Positions 13,560 to 27,574 of a DNA stretch of 64,000 nucleotides are shown in pieces. The position numbers and the translations under genes are program-made. The number at the start of each line of letters is the position of its first letter. Within the stretch, counting starts at the first letter, position 1. The notes under the pieces are model-generated. The model was not told the DNA's origin. It saw only the letters and a list, made by a program, of their open reading frames with translations, and searched no databases. This DNA is from Schmidtea polychroa (Eukaryota), in NCBI GenBank assembly GCA_044892525.1, contig CM097885.1, forward strand, positions 51,834,001-51,898,000. Reading direction: 5' to 3'.

Positions 13560-14290
13560 GTTAGTGTTTTTTAATTTTTTTAATGTAGCTATTGCAACAT
13601 GATCCATTGGTTGGATTAGAGCTGTAGTGTTAATTTGGATAAATTAAAAGGATGTACTGGAGAATTATCATAAAGAACCAAAACTTGTATTGGAAATTTT
13701 TTTTCAGAACAAAAAACAACAGCTAGTCTTTAAATAAGATTTTGGTCATCCACGTCTTTTCATTGAATCTGTGAAAAACAAGCAAACCATTCTTATTCAA
13801 TCCTTTAAAAGTTTTTGGGTTTTCAGATTAACATATAAATTAGGAAGGGCCAAAGTTTGCATTTATCCGCAGCACTACCAACAAATAGCAAGAAATCTTT
13901 ACTTTTACACCTGACGTTGTCTTTTCTTTTTTTGGAAGTTTTTTCAGGCTTAAGCTTGCAGTAAAGTCCAGTTTCGTCCATGTTAAAAGCTTGCTGTTGA
14001 ATTTATTTATATTTTTCAATAAGTTCTTTCAAAAACTAGCTAACTCACCTCTCATCCTCGATTTATGTAAATTATGACACCTTTAAAATTTCTCAAACCA
14101 ACCACTACTTGCTAGGAAATATAGATCTTTCAAATTTTTATATTTATCATCGATCTTCAACTTTTCAATAATATTCATTGCCTTTTCTTGAATCGCCATT
14201 TGGCTCATTGGTGTCTTTTGTTGTTGTCATCAATCCGAATGACTAATAATCTTTCCATTTTTTTTCATTATACTGCTTCTTTTCCGCGTT
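13560..14290 (-). pseudogene. pogo/Tigger-type transposase remnant (CENP-B HTH + DDE_1)
   Basis: Minus-strand motifs MERLLVI.IDD, PMSQMAIQEKA, FLASSGWFEKF, QQAFNMDETGLY and NTTALIQPMD. A possible TIR ends at 14585, followed by TA. Confidence 0.85.
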
Positions 14291-15819
14291 TATCTGGAGA
14301 CAGGCAATGGTATAGCAGCATGCAATGCTTTTATGCTTTTTTATGATATTTTTATTTAGAACAGAAAAAAGCACATAAGTAAACTCTAGCAAATAAACGT
14401 TTTAATATAAAATTTAAATTTCGCTAAAACTGTATTGCAAAACCACAAAATAAATTTCAGATTAAATTTCATGATTTCTCCAATTTTTATGCAATATTTT
14501 TGGTCGTATAACTAAATATTCGAGTCCGTGAATTTAAAAAAAAATCTAGACATAATACAAAATGTTGTAAAGTGAGGTAGGAGAGTATAATTATAATATA
14601 AATCTCTATTATAAAATAATAAAATAATAGATCAAAATCATTTAAAAAAGGCTTTACGAAAATTCATAAATATTGTTGGACAAAACGTATTAGCAAGCGA
14701 AAATGAGATAAAAGATTTAAGAAATAAATTAGCAATAAACTAACATGAAATAACATTAGATTAAGTAAATAGAAATTATTTATTAAAATCAGCAAAACAT
14801 CATAGAATATTATAGAAAATTCCCATATTCCCCATGGCGGAAGATAGAATTAGAAATAAATAAAATATAAAATTTAGAAAATAAAATTAATCATAATTTA
14901 TAAAAAAATCGCCATCAAAATCGATAAAAATTAGAATTTAAAATTAAGTAATATTAAAATAATTCAAAGTTGTTTTACTGAATCAATGCGCGCACACATA
15001 CGCAAAATCAGGCTATATATACCGACGCATTTCGGTCACAAAATCTAACTTATGCCAATACCTTTTGTTATCACAGTTTGTAAATTACTGAATGTAAGTA
15101 AGTAGTTTTTTGTAGTGGTATATTGTAGGTTAATATATTGTTGAATGATATTTTATTTTTTAATCTTGTTTCAAAGCGAAATTATTTTTGGCAGTGAAGA
15201 ACTTGTCACATTCTTTTACGGCCCACAGTCACATCAATTGATTTGATATTAAACTGAATCGATCTGCAGGGAGTGCTAGTTGCACTACGCCATTCAGTTG
15301 GATTTGTTTTACTACGCCGTTTACTGGTATACTTTTTTTGACCGGTGTGGACGACGGTTAGCGACTGGCGTTGTCTACATGTGTTACACTTAGCTAGATT
15401 CGTGCTATGTTTGCAATATGTAAGCTAATGCTACGCCAAAAAAATCAAAATTGGAAGATCTGGAGCAGCGGTGATCCTTTAGTTCGTTCCTGGTTCCAAG
15501 GTTTCGAAACATGATATTAAGTATTCATCACACTAGTGTCGAGTGGACCGTGTGGGAAGAACAACTTTTCATTTCAGTAATGTAAATAACTTATAGTGCA
15601 TAAAGACAACTCACAAAAACTCTACACTCAAAATACAGTTTTTCCATCTTATCTATAGGACACTAAGAGCCCCTTCCACTAATGTCTAGTTTGCTATGGG
15701 AAACGAGCATTTAAATATTATCGACTCAAAATTATCACAGAATACAACGGAGATTAGAGTTAAGCCAATAGTAGTGTATAGGATCATTTCACTTTAAAAA
15801 TGAGACCTAACTCTATTAA

Positions 15820-17445
15820 CCTCTTAATGCACATGCCCAAGCGTGTATCGGGTAAGTGTTACTGGAAAATTTGTGCATGCCCGAGAGAGACAATATAATG
15901 TTTTGTTTAAGATTCACTAACTATTATACCTCGGGCAGTGTAATATATTTATGAGAAAGAGGCCTAGATGTTAATTTGTAAAGTAACCTTGAAGGGCGGG
16001 TTGTTCTTATCTTGGTTTATGTTTATGATTCATCGCCAGATGTTTTTCACAAAATAAAAATACTGTAATATTTAATGTTTAATCAGTGATGGTTTGTTAC
16101 GATTGTGTTTAGGCTTTGCATTTTATGATTTTTTTTATTCTGTTAGTTTAGTTATCTATATTTGAATTTGGTTTTTGACGTTATTCAAAATACATATCGT
16201 GCATAATATTTTATCATTTTTACTATCAATTTGTAGGTAAGTGAAAATATAAAAAATAATTATATTCGTAATTTCTTAGAAATATTTTTTCGTGTAGAAC
16301 GTGTTCATTTATTTTGAAAAATAATTGAAAAACATGTCTGAGGATTCAGATGATTTTGAATATGCAGAGTTCTCTGAAAACGGTTCCGATGAAATCAACA
16401 TAAGCGATAATGATACAGAATCAGATCATTCATTAGATGGAGGCGACCTTAGTTCTGTAAGAACTTGGTGTAAACTTACTGTACATCAGGCCAATCCACC
16501 ACCTTCAAGTTTTCCTTTTAGAAGGTTTTTCGATGACGATTTAATAGACAAAACAGTAACTGAAACTAACAAATACGCCGAGCAGGAACTCATGAACAAG
16601 TCTTCAAGTTCTTCATCTAATGTCGGCTATCTGTTACACAGATTGATATGGGAGTATTTTGGCTATCAACATAGTGCAAGGAATTGTAAAAAAACCTGAT
16701 GAGAGAATTTATTTGTCTTTGAATGAAATATAGTATATTCCATTTTTTCCAAAACTAATGTCTCTAAGAAGATACCTGCAGATAAAAAAGTATTTACATT
16801 TTTACCAATAATGACGACTATGATCCCCAAACTCATTCAAACCCAAAATTGAACACAATTTGGGCTATTTATCAAAATATAAATGAAAAATGTTTAAATT
16901 TATACGTACCTGAAAGAGACATTTCAGTTGACGAGAGCCTTATGTTATGTAAAGGCAGACTTGGTTGGAAGCGATATCTACCACTAAAACGTGCACGTTT
17001 TGGAATCAAATTATGCCTTTTATGCGAATCGAAATCTGGCTATGTTTATTCGTTCCTAATTTATACAGGAAAAAGTACGATCCGAAATGACAAAGACAAA
17101 AATATGTCCCTGATTTCGCAAGTAGTCCTATCATTAGTTAACAATCTGTTGAATCAAGGTTACTGCATAACAACGGAATATTTGTATATGTCTCCTGAGC
17201 TTGCCGATTACCTTATTTCTCATAAAACAGATATTTATGGAATAAGAAGGATAAAAAGGGATAAGAAGGATATAAGGGATAACTGTTCACAATCCCGAGA
17301 AAGTTAGAACAGATAAAACTGGTAAAGATAGCAATAATATTATGAAACCTAAAGTTGTTGTTGATTACAATGATACGATGGAAGGTGTTGATTGTTTAGA
17401 CCAACACCTTCATGATTATCCAGTAACTAGAAAGAGGGAAAAATA
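15820..17445 (+). mobile_element. Degenerate piggyBac element, 5' part
   Basis: TTAA at 15816-15819 is followed by CCTCTT..., a piggyBac-type left end, and a transposase remnant lies downstream. The right end was not found. Confidence 0.65.
16334..17445 (+). pseudogene. piggyBac (PGBD4-like) transposase pseudogene
   Basis: Acidic N-terminus, FFDDDLIDKTVTETNKYA, ISVDESLMLCKGRLGWKRYLPLKRARFGIK and DYNDTMEGVDCLDQ. Contains frameshifts and stops. Confidence 0.9.
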
Positions 17446-17449
17446 AAAT

Positions 17450-18420
17450 TAATACAAAACTCGGTACAAACTTCCCAGCGTAAATTAAATTTTAATGTAA
17501 GAAATTAGATGGGCCAAAATCAAGGACGACTCTTACAAAATATTTTTCGAAACCCAAACCCGACATTTTGAGCGACGTAGTGATTAAAATAAAACTAGGG
17601 GCCGACCCAACCAAAAGAATGATTTATTGGAAAAGGTTAGTTGTGATATTAAAATAAAACCCGAAATGTCTAGCGCCAAATCTGTAAAAGAAAAAATAGG
17701 AAAATGGGTATCGACAATGTTTTTATGGTCAACGAAATTCTCTGCACTTACTTAACAAATCGAAATTAACATTTGCTCATGGAACGAGTGAAGAAGTTAG
17801 AAGGGACCTGATTCAGTCCGGATGCCTTACAGACCCAGGCCGACAACGACCAGGTGGAGATTAGAGCTCCAAAACTGCAAATTAGAAGGGGTGCAAACAT
17901 AGGTGCAAACATAGGGTACAGGACCATCACGCGTTCCTTGATCAGCAGATAACCGAGAAGATGCTCAACGACTACAATGATCACTATTCAGAGTAAGTGG
18001 CATAACAAACCAGGGAAAACCGAGGGCTCCAACCGACGAGCACGCAAGGACCCCAAAGTTTAAAACGTACTAGTCAAACGCCAGTTAACGCACCCCCTGA
18101 TCACACGATCAACTCTTAAGTCATGTTATTTATGTATTAAAATAGAATGTGTGATTTTCCCATTTTATTTCTACAAAGGTTCCAGGGGTTTCCTCGGTGT
18201 TATTTCGTAAGGGAAGTAGTAGATTTAAGTTTTCTACTACTATATGGTGATAATTGGAGAAGCATAAGACGAAGGAATCTAAGCAAAATCGGGCATAGAC
18301 CTTCTATTGGTAGTCTGTGAACCCACTTGAATGCCCGGCGATTATAGTGTGTGGAAGCACGAGTGCCACGTGGTAGAAGTACTCTGTATTCTGGGTTACG
18401 CTGTAAACAACACGGAAAAG
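17450..18420. mobile_element. GC-richer insertion truncating the piggyBac, possibly LTR-derived
   Basis: Composition changes abruptly where transposase similarity ends. No diagnostic motif was recognised. Confidence 0.25.
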
Positions 18421-19059
18421 TAAAATGTGGATTACCTGCAATCCAAAAATATTAAAAAATCGATATCTCTACTGATTCATAGTAAATTTTTTAATAAATA
18501 TAATGTCAATTTAAGATACTGTTGACGTAAAAAGATACTCTTTGTTGCTGATAGATAATAAAAATCTTTAAAAACAATACAACACAGTCAAACAATCTTT
18601 ATTGTAAAAAAAGATAAAAGTCCAAAAAATTAAATATTAAAACAAATTTTTAAAAAAATTATATTTTCACAAATCAGTTTTCAAGAATTTTTTGAAATTT
18701 ATTTGAGGTCGATTCAGTAAATCTGATAAAGAATAAATCGATTATTTATTTGTTTTATCTTCGGTGAATTGATTGAAAATCAATTCAAATTAAGAATGAA
18801 AATGTTGAAACTATTCATGCGTGAAATACTGAGTGAGAAAATTTAACGGATGAATTGGTTATTAAATATTTATTTGAAACCAAATTTAATTTCAATGTTT
18901 CAATAATGGATACAAATGCTCCAAAAGTTTCCACGATGTTTGTTAATTTTAATTATTCTTTTTGAATATATTTTATTTTGTTTAAATGGATGTTTTGTTT
19001 AAATAGATATTATATTAACAATTTAAATAAACAATATGTTTAGTAATGTTAACAATGAC

Positions 19060-19133
<74 letters not shown>
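19060..19133 (+). repeat. (AAT)n microsatellite
   Basis: Seen directly. Confidence 0.97.
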
Positions 19134-19134
<1 letters not shown>

Positions 19135-19879
19135 TTTGTCAGAAAATTGTAAACATAATATATTATATCTTTTGAAAAAATGAATTTACAGTTAGAATCT
19201 TCAGAATATTCTGACATTAATATATATCAAAAGTAATTAAAATTTCAGAGCAATTAATACGCTCGACAGATTTAACCATAGAGATTTCAAATTCTCAAAG
19301 TTTTCAAAATTAAAACAGAAATAATGCATTTCCGAAAATTCCCGAGATAAAAATAAAGTGACAAATATAATAATTTAAATGGTTTTCGTATAGATGTATG
19401 TCTTGTTTAATATTAAATATTTTAAAATTAATTTATTAATGGAATAAATAAAAATATTAATTTATTTAATAATTCTTATAGTAAATAGGAAATATAGGAT
19501 ATAGATAAAAGGTATTCTAAATAATGGAAAGTAAAAATCGAAAAGTATATAAGTTATTTAAACACGGGATATAATATTACAGTGCATTACGATGTTTTTG
19601 TCACTTCTTGGTGGATCTCTGATTCTGAAGACGGAAAATTTAATAGAAACCCCAAGTCGACCGAGGATGAATGAGCCTCTAGTTTCAAATCAATTAAACA
19701 ACGCTCGACATACCTGTGTCATTATTTTTGGGACGAAAACTCTCCACTTACTTGGCTAATTGCAACTGAAAGTATATTAATCAACGGCTCACGCAACAAA
19801 TATGATCGTACTTTACCGATTATTCCTATACAAAACTTAAGTAAGCTTTCAGTTGTGTAAATCTTAGCTAAAAATCCTT

Positions 19880-20290
19880 ATGAAAAATAAATATAAGTGC
19901 AATATGTAATAAATTTATCTTACATCAGTGAAATATATGAGCAATATACAGCAATGTGTATGTGTAAAATGTGATATAATTGAAATTGTTAATGAAGACA
20001 AAATATAACGAATATGTGCCGGCAAAATATACCATGAGTGCAATATATGGGTAAAATATACCGTAAAATATACCTTGTGTGAAATATACAATAAATTCAA
20101 AATTTCACATTATAACAATATATAACGATGTGTATGGGATAATATGATATGAATGTCCTATATAACACTAATTACCTTGCATGAATGCAATATATAAAAA
20201 GGAAAAATATGACATGAATACAATGTCTATTTTCAAAGTATAACACGCGTGCAATTTATAGGCAAAATACGATATGATTACAATATAAAA
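19880..20290 (+). repeat. Degenerate minisatellite
   Basis: Recurrent ~25-30-bp motif resembling ATGAGTGCAATATAT..G.AAAATAT. Confidence 0.5.
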
Positions 20291-20292
20291 AA

Positions 20293-20438
<146 letters not shown>

Positions 20439-22389
20439 GATATATATAATTCACGTTGTTCTATTGAGATTTTTTAAAGCTCAATCTTTTGGATATATAT
20501 ATATTGAATAGTAATAAACTGATTTATGAATAATTTTAATAGATCTTTTTAAATAGATTAAGGTAATATGAAATCGCAAAAAGGTAATTTAATATTAGAT
20601 TTGACACAGTACTCTTTTTTGCGATTGTGTATTTAATAATCTTGATTAAATAATATATTTTAAAATAAAAACATTTATAAACAGAAAGAAAATACCTTAT
20701 TAAATAAAAAATTTGACAGCCTATGAACCTTCAAATTTGAAATGGCTACTGGTATTGTTTGAACAGTCTGTCAAATTTCCTCAGAAATTCTAGTCATTTT
20801 CCTCATTGGCATGTAGATTAAGAGAAGCGTTTTATTAACTGAATACTACGCTTTTATTTGGTATCACAGCACCCGACGCAATCGCTTGTATTATCTCCCT
20901 CTAGGGCCGGCCCTGATCTTAATTATTGCACATTGTATAAATAATCATTATTTTGTAATTTGTCCTTTATTCCCGGAGATAGATTAAGGTTAACTAAGTT
21001 TAAATACGATTTTTAAAGTTATTTTTTGTCTTTTTGAATATTCAAAGAATTAATTAGAAACAATTTGAAGTAAGTTTTATTTTTTAGTAACATGATTCTG
21101 GTAATTATTATGAACTAATTAACCTTTTCTTTAGTTATTTGTTAATTTTTTCCAAAAATATTTTCGAAATACTTAAGAAATGGTAAATAGATTCGTATTA
21201 ATTTTCCAAACAATTCTCGACTTAAATCCTTAATGTAACTTAAATGAAAAGAATTTTGTTGAGTCTTTTACATTTATATATCTACCAGCTTACTTCGACC
21301 TAAAAGTCGACCTTGATTTTTGACCTAGCCATCTATATTATTTTTCAATTTCATTTATCTTCATTACTTTTAGACTATAATTTTATTGAAAAAATTGATG
21401 ATTATTACTTGTTAGTAATATATTTTAAAATTTAAATAATATAAAAATATTGGTTTGAGTTATGTTTTAACAGAAATTATGAATTTTGATTAATGAAATT
21501 TTACATCAAGGACCTAAAATGTTTATTTTAATATATTATTGAAATTGTATTTATATTTTAAAACAAAAACATAAAAAGTAAATATTTGATAAATAAAATA
21601 TAAACCATTTGAACAGAAAAACAAAAAACACTTGAACAACATATTTGGCATCATTAGTCATGAGCGTTAAATCATTTTAAATTTTATTTAATTAATGTAA
21701 CAGTTTTACTACAATATATTTGTGTTGATTGAATATTTATTAAAAGGGATTGTCACTTAATTATCAATAATTCACATACAATAATTATAAACAATTAAAA
21801 AATAAACAAGTCAATTGACAAGGGCTATCGTATTGTGGAAATTTTTTCATTTGTATTAAATATATTATTTGCAGCAAAAGGCTTAAATTATCATTTAATT
21901 GTTTAAAATTTAATTAATGCTGATACTAAGAAATTATCACTTTATATTCTTAATATAATTATTATTTTATTTTTATTATTTACTTTATAATTATTAATAT
22001 TGTTTGAGTCAACATATTAGACAAAAAAGGATGATTTGAGAAAATAAGAAAAATTTATGACGTATTAATTAAAAAAAGTAAAATGTTGAAAAAAATAAAT
22101 ATATAAAGTTATGTACAGTTATATAGTAATTTTCTGATAAATATCACTAAAAATAGTAATTATATTTAATAATACCCTTAATTAATTGATATAAAAGAGA
22201 TTCGCAATTTTTTACCAGAGGCGGAGAAAAGAATTAGACAATAAATGTGCGTTTAAAAATTAAATTTTGACTGGTGATCAAAATGAAACTTTTAAATCTG
22301 AAATGGAACTTGCCTAGAGATTTTGAATGCCATACAACATTTTCATCAATATTTGAATTTATAAATGTATTTTTCTCAATTTCATCATC

Positions 22390-22990
22390 TTTTATCGTTT
22401 AATCGTGAGTACTGCAATATTACAATAATAATTACAATTTGATTCATGAAACCTCGATATCCTAAATTGTAGTTTAATTATTAAATAATTGAAAGATTCA
22501 TCGATATCTTGTGATATTATGATGTAATTGTATTGAGATATTTGATTTCCCTGTCCCTTATATTGTGTTATGTTAATCCTTATATAGTTAGAGTGTATGC
22601 GGTTAATCGAAATTTCGAATTTTCGGCGCGGATATTTTTTGATGATGAAATATGATGTAAACGTTAAAAAAATGAAAATCTCTTGATTCACGATGAGAAG
22701 ATAAAACTTCAGTGACACTACTATACCGGAAAACATTTTACTGCATAAATCTGAACATTCGATTTCATTTATAAATTCAGTCATTTTTGAATCATTTGAA
22801 CCCATTTATAGTTTCTTCTGACACAATATCACACTCAATAACTCTTTTCATTAAAATATCTAAATCAGATTCTTTCATCCTAAGGCGCCAATTTCTAAAA
22901 TATCCTAATTCATCTGATTGTAAAATAGATGGCCTCATTTGGCAGAAATCAGCAAATTCTTCTAACAATTCTATTTATTCTTTATTCATT
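22390..22990 (-). pseudogene. ST13: Probable Hsc70-interacting protein (Hip/ST13) pseudogene
   Basis: The minus strand from ATG at ~22989 reads MNKE*IELLEEFADFCQMRPSILQSDELGYFRNWRLRMKESDLDI..RVIECD...MGSNDSKMTE. This resembles the Hip N-terminal dimerisation domain and the following SDLEIDNEGVIEPD...MGD segment. It has a stop at codon 5 and frameshifts. Confidence 0.55.
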
Positions 22991-23220
22991 TTAGTAGCAA
23001 CTGAAAATCAATTTGAAAAATAAAATAATTTCCCGGTGAAAACAAAATATATTTCTAATTTCAAAAATAGTAAAAATCAATATAAAATATAAATCTCATT
23101 CATTTTTAAAATTAATAAAAATTTTCTAATTAACCTGAATATATTTTTAAAACCAACAACTTTTTTATTTCCTACCAACAGAAATTTACCAAAAAGATTA
23201 TCATAAAAGACTACTGAAGT

Positions 23221-23754
23221 CAAAGGCGTCTTTAGAAATGTGTCCCCCTTATGCTATAAACTATAATGCGCCCCTTAAAAAACAATTTTTACAAAAATAT
23301 ATTATGTTTATTAATAATATTACACATTATTGCATATACATATATTAATATTATATATTACATCATTTCGTCTAGCACATCCGGATAATATTTTCTTTTC
23401 CATTTTTATTTTACAAGGGTATCTTTAAAAAAATGTTAAGTTATAAATTGTAATAAAAAATATATTCTTTTCACTTTTTATTTCAAAATTAATTCGTAAA
23501 TGTGGATAACTAGATTATTACAAAATTTTCTTCTCAATTTTTTAAAGTTTTAAAACTTATAAACAAAAATGTCAAAAAATAATAATTATTTTTGCATATA
23601 TTTAAAATTTTAATTTATATATTAAACTAATTTTTTTTTCGATTTTCTTTAATTTTGTTTTGTTTATAATTTTTTAATTTTTATGGCTTTTATAAAATTT
23701 ACGGCGCCCCTTCACTCACGGCGCACAGTTAGCACAATGGAAGAGACGTCGCTG
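23221..23754. mobile_element. hAT MITE, 534 bp
   Basis: Perfect 8-bp TSD ACTGAAGT (23213-23220, 23755-23762), imperfect TIRs CAAAGGCGTCTTT / AGAGACGTCGCTG, and subterminal GCGCCCC motifs. Confidence 0.85.
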
Positions 23755-26315
23755 ACTGAAGTATTTTCAATAAAATTTACAACATATTCTTATTTCTTTT
23801 TTGACAAAATTTACATTAACCTTTTTCATTTGTGATTGACTAGTATGTATGTCTGCATGTTTGATTGAATATTTTGATTGTCTGGCTGCCCAGATTATAT
23901 ATAACCTGCTTTTCATTAATAGATCTTTTTGATATATTGTTACTTATGATAGTCACAAAAGTTTCTCTTTCTTAAAACAGTTTGGCCGTTTTCATAGTTC
24001 CTGGGTATCACACAAATTAATTCTTTCCTTATTTTACTGTTCATAAATAGTGTAGCTGAAATTAATCGGATCCAAACTTTTGTATTCTTTTTAATTATTA
24101 TTTTATACAAAAAATACATTGTGAATTTGGATACAGCAATAAAGTATGGTTATTAGGAATTGACTTATATTTTCGTTTAAATTAAATGCATCTATTTATT
24201 CATATTTCATATTTATATTTCAGAATTTTAAAATCAACCACCCCCCATTTTTGATTCTAACAATATTTCCAATAAATTTCACTATTAGCCTAAAAAGTAA
24301 ATAATAAATAAATAAAATATTTTCAAAAATATTAGCATTAAAATAAATCATTATAAAGATCATTTTTTCATTTTCTCCATATTTTCAGAGAAAAAAATAA
24401 CGTTTTATTTACAGAAAATGTTGTATTTACTAAAATATCATCAATGTGTACAAATAACTTCCAAATTTTTTCATTTGTTTTTTTAACAGAGTATTTTTTG
24501 TTGAGTTGAAAATTTGGAAAATAACAACATTGAATTAATAAATCATAAAACATGATTTATTTTTGTGGCTCTGTTTGATATTGAGAAATTTTTAATGGAA
24601 ATTTTAAATTGAAATAACGTTGCATTGGCAGTGATAATCTGTTGATGACTTATTTTTTTAATTTTTAGATTTATGTCCAAAATTTTCCTTAAGGTAAATT
24701 ATCAATTAGAAATGATTAGCACTGATTTTGTTTATTTTGATTTGTTTTAAATTATTTTTATCAATATTTCAATGATTTTTAATTATATTTTGTGATTTTC
24801 ATTAGCTATTGTCGGATTTTTAATAATAAATCTGAGGATTTAGATTTTAATAAATTATTCTTTATTTCATAAAATCAAGTAATATATAAATTATTTTATT
24901 ACATTATTTTATTATAATTTGATGAATAATTAAATTAGCAAAAAAATGTTTTAAATGTTTACTTCTTTTAATGTGATTGTTAATAAAATAATAATTAAAA
25001 AAATACATTAATGCATAGGGTAACTGTGTAGGCTAATAAAACTTGTATCTTTAGTGATGAACATTTTAATTGAAATTCTATTTTGATATTTGTAAGATTG
25101 AAAATGATAGAACACAAATCAAAATTTTTTTATAATTAAAAAAATGAATTATTTAAAATTGGTAAATCATATATTTCTATAGTTTAAAATTAAAGTATAT
25201 ACTACAGTTTCAAAAAAATGTATGAAAATATTGAATATGAAATTTTAAAATATTTAAAATTGATGATATCAGAATTAGTATGTCTTGAAAATATTGTTTT
25301 TAATAATTGTGATTAGGAAATAATAAAAAATTACGACTGAAGGCTTAGCTTATAAAATTAAAAGAAAATTTTACTTACTATTTAAATTTTTTTATAATAA
25401 AATAAAATTAACTAAAATATTTCGAATTCAGAATTAATATATAATATTATATTCAAATTTTAATAATAATTTTCAACCTAATAATTTTTTATAGTAATTT
25501 AATATTGAAATAAACAATTTATTAAACTGTAATATTGCGTGATATCAAATCATAAATTCTTTTAAAATACATTTTACATATTCATTTTAATAATTATTTA
25601 ATATAATTGTTTTAAATGTTTTAATAATTATTGATAATTATAATTTTTTGTAAATAGTCAAATACCATTTTATTTATTAATCGTGTAATATGGTTTATAT
25701 TATCATGTTTCAAATTAAAATACTATTCTTATCATAGTTCTATATGTTTGTCCCTACCTCTAAAACTGATACATTAAGTAAAAAACTTTCGACAGACTCG
25801 ATAATATTCAAACTTAATTTTCATTATATTCATTATATTCAATATATTCGATAATATTCAAACTTAATTTTCATTTTGTGAGATTTAATTTTAGCAACTT
25901 TCATAATTTGATACAATCGGTATTTTTTCATTGGAAATGTACAAATTTGTAATGGGAATGCCAAGAACCTTATCCTGTCAAATTGAAAATTATCTAATTA
26001 CTAAATATGATTATATGATGCACTTAAACAAAATATTTAAAATTAAATTCGAAATCATGAAATAACAATGAAATAACAAATATTATTAAAGAAATTATAT
26101 TGACATAAAAACGAATTTAAAACAAAAACAATTATAAGAGACAAAATTTTTTTATAAATATAAAAATAATATAATGATAGTAGGTAGATAGTAGCCCACG
26201 GGAACAATTACCCCCCCGGGGGGGGGGGGGGGGTTTGTTCCCAAATTTTTATTACGCAATTGTTCCCAACTCATTTTTTTGCTTTCAGGGATTTTTGGTC
26301 CAAATTTTTTTTTAT

Positions 26316-27570
26316 CAGACTATAGTGAGGGGGTCTCGATGGTCCTGGGATTTTCAATACAAAAAATTTTTTTCAATACAAAAATCCGACTATCAATAAA
26401 AAAGCCAAGGAATTTTCAGACTATAGTGAGGGGGTCTCGATGGTCCTGGGATTTTCAATACAAAAATTTTTTTTCAATACAAAAATCCGACTACCACTAA
26501 AAAAGCATAGAATTTTCAGACTATAGTGCGGGGGTCTCGATGGTCCTGGGATTTTCAATACAAAAAATTTTTTTCAATACAAAAAGCTGGTCTACACTAA
26601 AAAGCCAAGGAATTTTCAGACTATAGTGAGGGGGTCTCGATGGTCCTGGGATTTTCAATACAAAAAATTTTTTTCTATACAAAAATCCTACTATCAATAA
26701 AAAAGCCAAGGATTTATCACGCTATAGTGAGGTGAGTCTCCTTGGTCCTGAGAAATAGGTGGTCTACACTAAAAAACGTGGTAATTTAAGGTCTCGGGAT
26801 ATTTTCAATACAAAAATCCGACTACCACTAAAAAAGCATGGAATTTTCACACTATAGTGAGGGGGTCTCGATGGTCCTGGGATTTTCAATACAAAAAATT
26901 TTTTTCTATACAAAAATCCTACTATCAATAAAAAAGCCAAGGATTTATCACGCTATAGTGAGGTGAGTCTCCTTGGTCCTGAGAAATAGGTGGTCTATAC
27001 AAAAAAAGCATGGTAATTTAAGGTCTCAGGATATTTTCAATACAAAAATCCGACTACCACTAAAAAAGCCAAGGATTTTTCAGACTATAGTGAGGTGAGT
27101 CTCCTTGGTCCTGAGAAATAGGTGGTCTACACTAAAAAGCATGGTAATTTAAGGTCTCAGGATATTTTCAATACAAAAATCCGACTACCACTAAAAAAGC
27201 CAAGGATTTTTCAGAGTATAGTGAGGTGAGTCTCCTTGGTCCTGAGAAATAGGTGGTCTACACTAAAAAAGCATGGTAATTTAAGGTCTCAGGATATTTT
27301 CAATACAAAAATCCGACTACCACTAAAAAAGCCAAGGATTTTTCAGACTATAGTGAGGGGGTCTCGATGGTCCTGGGATTTTCAATACAAAAAAATTTTT
27401 CAATACAAAAAGCTGGTCTACACTAAAAAAACGTGGTAATTTAAGGTCTCAGGATATTTTCAATACAAAAATCCGACTATCAATAAAAAAGCATGGATTT
27501 TTCGAATTAAATTAATGTGAGTCTCCTTGGTCCTGAGAAAAAGGTGGTCTACACTAAAAAACATGGTAAA
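26316..27570 (+). repeat. Subterminal composite tandem array (~100-bp A units and ~130-bp B units)
   Basis: A units start CTATAGTGAGGGGGTCTCGATGGTCCTGGG and B units start CTATAGTGAGGTGAGTCTCCTTGGTCCTGAG. The order is AAAABABBBAB'. Mirrored at ~42540-44048. Confidence 0.95.
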
Positions 27571-27574
27571 TTTT

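Noticed and set aside
14980..15620. TATA-like box followed by a GTAAGT...GCAG short intron-like segment
   Set aside because: No ORF, boundaries or second copy to support a gene or LTR call.
16696..16720. Other CTGATGA / CTGAAGA words (16697, 19625, 49984) as hammerhead cores
   Set aside because: No stem II-GAAA or stem I pairing follows them.
26320..26340. CTCACTATAG (T7 promoter core) and GGTCTC (BsaI) in each unit, suggesting vector or synthetic DNA
   Set aside because: The TAATACGA specificity region is absent, the units diverge naturally, and the array sits within a TSD-bounded element.
26279..27439. Short ORFs in the subterminal array and their mirrors, plus the 96-aa ORF at 33192/37050
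   Set aside because: They start at TTG, are repeat-derived or low-complexity, and show no recognisable domain. They are duplicated only because of the palindrome.
26316..27570. CRISPR-like appearance of the regular array
   Set aside because: The intervening sequences are themselves repeated rather than unique spacers, there are no cas genes, and the context is eukaryotic.
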